From positions 10,496-74,495 of the forward strand of contig NZ_MAAX01000154.1 in assembly GCF_002162835.1 (NCBI RefSeq): a stretch of DNA of 64,000 bases, read 5' to 3'. Shown here piece by piece: positions 59,497 through 64,000 of this stretch (position 1 is the stretch's first letter; each line of letters begins with the position of its first letter). The notes beneath the pieces were generated by a model that worked only from the letters and a program-made list of their open reading frames with translations, did not search any database and had not been told where the DNA came from. Position numbers and translations under genes: made by a program. The stretch is from Nonlabens dokdonensis. GTDB lineage: Bacteria > Bacteroidota > Bacteroidia > Flavobacteriales > Flavobacteriaceae.

Positions 59497-60024
59497 ATGG
59501 AAAAAACCAAACGAATTTTAATAATAGGTGGTCCTGGATCTGGAAAAACGAGCGTTTTACAAACGATTGAAAAGAACAATTTTAAGGTACATCACGAGAT
59601 TTCAAGAGAAGTGACTGCAAATGCTCAGAAGAGTGGCATAGAGCAACTTTTCCTTACTGATCCGTTTGCTTTCAGTAACCAGTTGCTCGATGGTAGAATA
59701 CAGCAATTTAAAAACGCTGCTTCAGGGATTAATTTTTATGATCGAGGCATTCCAGATGTACCTGCTTATCATGTTTTTACAGGAGATAAAATACCAGAAG
59801 TGTTTATGAAAGCCTGTAAAGAATATAGGTATGATCAAGTCTTTTTCTTACCACCGTGGGAAGAAATATATGAAAGTGATAATGAACGCTATGAAACTTA
59901 TGATCAAGCTGTAGTTTTAGGTGATATTTTATTAGATTTTTATAAAAAGTTAGACTACTCTCCTATCTCTGTACCTAAATCTTCTATTGAGAACCGCTAT
60001 AATTTTATCATAGAACAACTATAA
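59497..60024 (+). CDS. AAA_28/NadR-like small ATPase
   Basis: GGPGSGKTS, FYDRGIPD, FFLPPWEEIY. Confidence 0.88.
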   Translation: MEKTKRILIIGGPGSGKTSVLQTIEKNNFKVHHEISREVTANAQKSGIEQLFLTDPFAFSNQLLDGRIQQFKNAASGINFYDRGIPDVPAYHVFTGDKIPEVFMKACKEYRYDQVFFLPPWEEIYESDNERYETYDQAVVLGDILLDFYKKLDYSPISVPKSSIENRYNFIIEQL

Positions 60025-60026
60025 TA

Positions 60027-61913
60027 TTGATTGAAAAATCCTTACATATTCTCAAAAATAGATTTGGCTATGAGTCTTTTAGACCTCTTCAACAAGAAAT
60101 AATTTCTACGGTTTTAGAAGGTAAAGATTCCTTAGCACTGCTACCTACCGGTGGTGGAAAATCCATTTGTTATCAAATACCAGGTATACAATTAGATGGA
60201 ATATGTATTGTTATTTCACCCTTAGTGGCTCTGATTAAGGATCAAGTAGATCAATTGAAAAAAAAAGGTGTCAAAGCAAGCGGTATTACCGGTGGTATTT
60301 CCTATAGAGATCTAGATGACATCCTTGATAATTGTGTTTTTGGCAATTATGATTTTTTATATTTAAGTCCAGAAAGATTAAAGCAAGATTTAGTACAAGA
60401 ACGCATTCTTAAAATGAATGTTAACCTTATTGCAGTAGATGAAGCGCATTGCATTAGTGAATGGGGACATGACTTTAGACCAGCCTATCGAGAAATTAAT
60501 ATTCTTAGAGAGTTGCACCCACAAATTCCTGTGATCGCAGTTACAGCAACGGCTACAAAAGAAGTGCAGCAAGATATCATCTCCGTACTAGCACTTAAAA
60601 ATCCACAGGTGTTTAAATCCAGTTATGAAAGAGCTAATATTCATTACCATATCCTGAACACCGCAGATAAACGTCAGGCCCTTAAAAAATTCTATGCGCA
60701 ACATTCAGGTTCCAGCATAAGTTATGTACGTAGTAGAAAAAACGCAGTAGAATACAGTCTTTTACTACAGCAACAAGGTATAACTTCTGCATTTTATCAT
60801 GGAGGCCTTACTAACAAATTGAGATCTACCACGTCTGACGCATGGTTACATAATAAAACACAAGTTATTGTTGCGACAAATGCCTTTGGTATGGGAATAG
60901 ATAAACCAGATGTGCGCACTATAGTTCATTTACAGCTTCCTGATAGTATAGAAAGTTTTTATCAAGAGACCGGTAGAGCTGGTAGAGATGGTAAATTAAG
61001 CACGGCTCAGTTCATATATAATCGCAACGATATACAGCATGCTTATAATCAATTTGTAAAATCACAACCTACTGCAGCTTTTTTAAAATTCATTTATCGT
61101 AAGTTATCTAACTATTTAAGAATAGCGTTAGGAGAAGGTGAAGGAGATTCATTCCCATTATCATTCTCTCAATTTTGTAAAGCATATGATCTTAATGGGA
61201 TGCAGGCATACAGTGCCTTAAACGCCTTAGATCGCTTTAGTGTGATACAGCTCGCCCAAGGATTTCATAGACGGTGTAGTATCCGCTTTCGCGAAAGCGG
61301 AACACAAATAATTAACTTTGCACAACATAGACCTGAAGTTAACGCTATCATTCAATCCATTTTGCGAACTTACGGCAGCAGTAAAAACCAAACACTTCAA
61401 ATCAATCCATCACTTATTGCGACGAGAAGTAACACCAGCGAGGAGCTCGTTTTTGAAACTATCGATTTACTTCAAAGTCGTGAACTGATAGATGCTAGTA
61501 TTGTTCATACAGATTTGCAAGTAACTTATTTAATACCTAGAGACGATGATCGCACCATTAACTCCTTTTCTAAAGAACTAGAACGACAAAATCGCATACG
61601 TCTAGAAAAATTAAAATCTATTATACAACTGGTAACGGAAACAGATAAATGTATTAATAGGATGATATTAGAGTATTTCAATGAAGAGAACGTTTCAAAT
61701 TGTAATCATTGCAGCAATTGTTTAAAGTCAAGACACGAGACAGTAACAAGTTCTACCTTATTGAGATCAATAAAAGAAAAGCCGTTAAATATTCAAGAGA
61801 TTATAAGTGTTACAGGTGCTTCACAAGAGTCGGTAATTGTAGAAATTAAAAGACTATTAGAACAACAATTAATTATCCTGACAGATAATAATAAATACAT
61901 AGTAAATGAATAA
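60027..61913 (+). CDS. recQ: RecQ family ATP-dependent DNA helicase
   Basis: LPTGGGKS, DEAHCISEWGHDFRP, ATNAFGMGIDK, QETGRAGRDG, Zn-site C...CNHCSNC. Confidence 0.96.
   Translation: MIEKSLHILKNRFGYESFRPLQQEIISTVLEGKDSLALLPTGGGKSICYQIPGIQLDGICIVISPLVALIKDQVDQLKKKGVKASGITGGISYRDLDDILDNCVFGNYDFLYLSPERLKQDLVQERILKMNVNLIAVDEAHCISEWGHDFRPAYREINILRELHPQIPVIAVTATATKEVQQDIISVLALKNPQVFKSSYERANIHYHILNTADKRQALKKFYAQHSGSSISYVRSRKNAVEYSLLLQQQGITSAFYHGGLTNKLRSTTSDAWLHNKTQVIVATNAFGMGIDKPDVRTIVHLQLPDSIESFYQETGRAGRDGKLSTAQFIYNRNDIQHAYNQFVKSQPTAAFLKFIYRKLSNYLRIALGEGEGDSFPLSFSQFCKAYDLNGMQAYSALNALDRFSVIQLAQGFHRRCSIRFRESGTQIINFAQHRPEVNAIIQSILRTYGSSKNQTLQINPSLIATRSNTSEELVFETIDLLQSRELIDASIVHTDLQVTYLIPRDDDRTINSFSKELERQNRIRLEKLKSIIQLVTETDKCINRMILEYFNEENVSNCNHCSNCLKSRHETVTSSTLLRSIKEKPLNIQEIISVTGASQESVIVEIKRLLEQQLIILTDNNKYIVNE
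61284..61299. repeat. 16-bp palindrome (in recQ, RFRES frame)
   Basis: Exact copy; extends to 20 bp. Confidence 0.97.
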
Positions 61914-62859
61914 ATCTTTAAAAATTATATTTTTTGGAACACCAGAATTTGCAACCGGTGTATTAAATGAGTTGCATCATTCCATTCATGAAATAGTTGT
62001 GGTAGTAACAGCTCCGGATAAGCCAGCAGGTAGAGGAAGAAAAATAAATGAAAGTGATGTAAAAAAATATGCTGTAGAAAATCAAATTCCTGTTTTACAA
62101 CCCAAAAATCTCAAATCAGAGGAGTTCCTTAAAGAACTTAGATCCTTCCATGCAGATCTTCAAGTCATAGTTGCTTTTAGAATGTTACCGAAACAAGTCT
62201 GGGACATGCCGCCATTAGGCACTTTTAATTTACATGCAAGTTTATTACCTCAGTATCGCGGTGCAGCACCTATCAATTGGGCTATTATTAATCAAGAATC
62301 AAAAACTGGTGTAACTACTTTTTTCATAGATGAAAAAATAGATACAGGAGCTATAATTGCAAATAAAGAAACTGAAATTTTACCTAATGAAAATGTAGGC
62401 AGTCTCTATAGTCGTTTAATGGTAATGGGCGCACAACTGTCACTTGAGACAGTACATATGATAGCGCAAGGCAACGTTTCTACCACAATTCAAGAAGAAA
62501 ATAAACAACTTAAACCTGCGCCCAAACTTAATAACCAAAACACATTAATTAATTTTGATAAGTCTGCAACTGAAGTTGATGCTCTTGTTAGAGGGCTCTA
62601 TCCCTATCCAGTAGCAAAGGCTGTTTTACAAGATCAAGATGAGAAAATTGTAAAAATCCACAAATCAAGCATTGTTCATAAAAAACATCAAATGATACCA
62701 GGCAGTTTTGTAATTGAAAACGGCTGCATACTTATTGCATGTAAAGAGGACATGATAGTAATAGAAGAGATGCAATTACCTAACAAAAAACGAATGAAAG
62801 TAAAAGATCTGTTAAATGGTTACACCTTTGATCAGGATGCTAGATTTGGCAAGGCTTGA
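61906..62859 (+). CDS. fmt: Methionyl-tRNA formyltransferase
   Basis: FFGTPEFA, PDKPAGRG, NLHASLLPQYRGAAPI. Confidence 0.97.
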   Translation: MNKSLKIIFFGTPEFATGVLNELHHSIHEIVVVVTAPDKPAGRGRKINESDVKKYAVENQIPVLQPKNLKSEEFLKELRSFHADLQVIVAFRMLPKQVWDMPPLGTFNLHASLLPQYRGAAPINWAIINQESKTGVTTFFIDEKIDTGAIIANKETEILPNENVGSLYSRLMVMGAQLSLETVHMIAQGNVSTTIQEENKQLKPAPKLNNQNTLINFDKSATEVDALVRGLYPYPVAKAVLQDQDEKIVKIHKSSIVHKKHQMIPGSFVIENGCILIACKEDMIVIEEMQLPNKKRMKVKDLLNGYTFDQDARFGKA

Positions 62860-63012
62860 GAGGAAATCTCTTCAAATGGCATATAGTTATTAACAATTTG
62901 TTAGTTTTATGAACAAAAGAAAGAGATTTAGCTTGTAATCCTTGTGTGGTCGCATAATCCGTATAAATTTGTTTCACGTTTTAGTTTAACCAACATTAAT
63001 TTAAATTCAATT

Positions 63013-63285
63013 ATGAACAAAACAGATTTAATCGAAGGAATGGCAGAGCACGCTGGTATTTCAAAAGCAGCAGCAAAAAAAGCATTAGAATCATTCTTAG
63101 GTAACGTAGAAGGATCTCTTAAAAAAGGTGACAGAGTATCACTTGTAGGATTTGGATCATTTTCAGTTTCTAAAAGAGCTGCACGTGAAGGTAGAAATCC
63201 ACAAACAGGAAAAACTATCAAAATTGCTGCTAAAAAAGTTGTAAAATTCAAAGCAGGTAGCGATTTACAAAAAGCAGTAAACTAA
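63013..63285 (+). CDS. hup: HU DNA-binding protein
   Basis: MNKTDLI, LVGFGSF, GRNPQTG; ATG 63013. Confidence 0.97.
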   Translation: MNKTDLIEGMAEHAGISKAAAKKALESFLGNVEGSLKKGDRVSLVGFGSFSVSKRAAREGRNPQTGKTIKIAAKKVVKFKAGSDLQKAVN

Positions 63286-63307
63286 TTTTTTTTTTAGTTT
63301 ATTTATT

Positions 63308-63344
63308 AAAATCCCTTCTTAATATAATTAAGAAGGGATTTTTT
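63308..63344 (+). terminator. Terminator after HU
   Basis: AAAATCCCTTCTTAA/TTAAGAAGGGATTTT plus T-run. Confidence 0.85.
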
Positions 63345-63509
63345 TATACCGCTAATATTAGAAGGAGAGAAAAGTTACTGGTATAAAACAAAGGAATGGC
63401 ACTGTAATACTATTTAATGACTTTGACAGACTTGAAAAACAGTAATTTTTAAAAGTTTGCGGTTAATCCACAAATTTTGTTTATGTTTAAACATATCTTT
63501 TGAGATTTT

Positions 63510-64000
63510 ATGAAAAATAAAGCGCCTGAAAGAGGTAACCTTTTAGTATCAGAACCATCCATTATAGGAGACCATTCTTTTTCACGATCAGTTGTGCTAC
63601 TTACTGAGTTCAATACTGAAGGTGTTGTAGGGTTCATTCTTAACAAACCGCTAGGCTGCACATTAGATCAATTAATTCCAGAAATCTCTACAGAACTTGA
63701 AGTTTATCAAGGTGGTCCTGTGGATACTGATAATCTTTATTTTCTACATAATATACCAGAACTTATTCCAGGATCCCATCTAATTGAAGATGGAATTTAT
63801 TGGGGTGGAGATTTTCACGCGGTAAGTGATCTTTTAAACAAAGGATTAATTACCGGTGAGGAAATTAAATTCTTTCTAGGGTACTCAGGTTGGGAAACGC
63901 ATCAATTGAGTGAAGAACTAGAAGGTAATTCTTGGGTTGTTGTTGAAAATACTGATAGTAAAAACATTCTATCCAATAATATGCAAGATATCTGGAAGAA
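63510..64000 (+). CDS. YqgE/AlgH family protein, 3'-truncated by the window edge (not in ORF track)
   Basis: MKNKAPERGNLLVSEPS...FSRSVVLL...GFILNKP...YQGGPV...FFLGYSGW. Confidence 0.92.
   Translation, partial: MKNKAPERGNLLVSEPSIIGDHSFSRSVVLLTEFNTEGVVGFILNKPLGCTLDQLIPEISTELEVYQGGPVDTDNLYFLHNIPELIPGSHLIEDGIYWGGDFHAVSDLLNKGLITGEEIKFFLGYSGWETHQLSEELEGNSWVVVENTDSKNILSNNMQDIWK

Noticed and set aside
62970-62985. parS site (TGTTTCACGT...)
   Set aside because: Only the left half matches TGTTTCACGTGAAACA; the right half is TTTAGT.
2186-63661. Many 60-164 aa ORF-track entries overlapping real genes (e.g. 26269-26763, 26888-27223, 31611-31868, 45731-46015, 62928-63251, 63449-63661)
   Set aside because: They are antisense or out-of-frame shadows of well-supported CDSs with no independent motifs.
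1-64000. tRNA/rRNA/riboswitch
   Set aside because: No cloverleaf, rRNA signature or known riboswitch consensus recognised by eye; a covariance-model search could still find small ncRNAs.

Overview
AT-rich chromosomal window from a Flavobacteriaceae bacterium (Bacteroidota; Nonlabens-like is my inference). The assignment rests on the LpxC-FabZ fusion, PorX, two T9SS type A cargo proteins and TAnnTTTG -7 promoter boxes. Most of the window is housekeeping: murA, panB, fabG, sucD/sucC, efp, the lpx cluster, tsaE, aroB, lysA, parAB, dapB, lepB, dps, recQ, fmt and HU. Four things are not explained by that gene list. (1) A GC-rich 16-bp perfect palindrome, CGCTTTCGCGAAAGCG, occurs 11 times exactly and 4 times with 1-2 mismatches. 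It sits both between genes and inside conserved genes, in all three reading frames. (2) A ~9-kb accessory island (about 9.4-18.2 kb) carries co-oriented unrelated ORFs separated by related imperfect-palindrome spacers. It resembles a decaying integron-like cassette array with no integrase in the window, and includes a GIY-YIG/DUF4357 nuclease. (3) A 3x ~222-bp tandem repeat made of hexamer runs and nested palindromes lies at 19.7-20.35 kb. (4) A 50-aa secreted peptide gene plus a multi-TM membrane protein lie directly behind porX-tsaE. The peptide's upstream region shares a TTCATCGA motif with the repeat-rich promoter of a 1554-aa T9SS protein. I saw no rRNA, tRNA, CRISPR array, transposase or integrase. 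All family calls are from motif recognition, not database searches.
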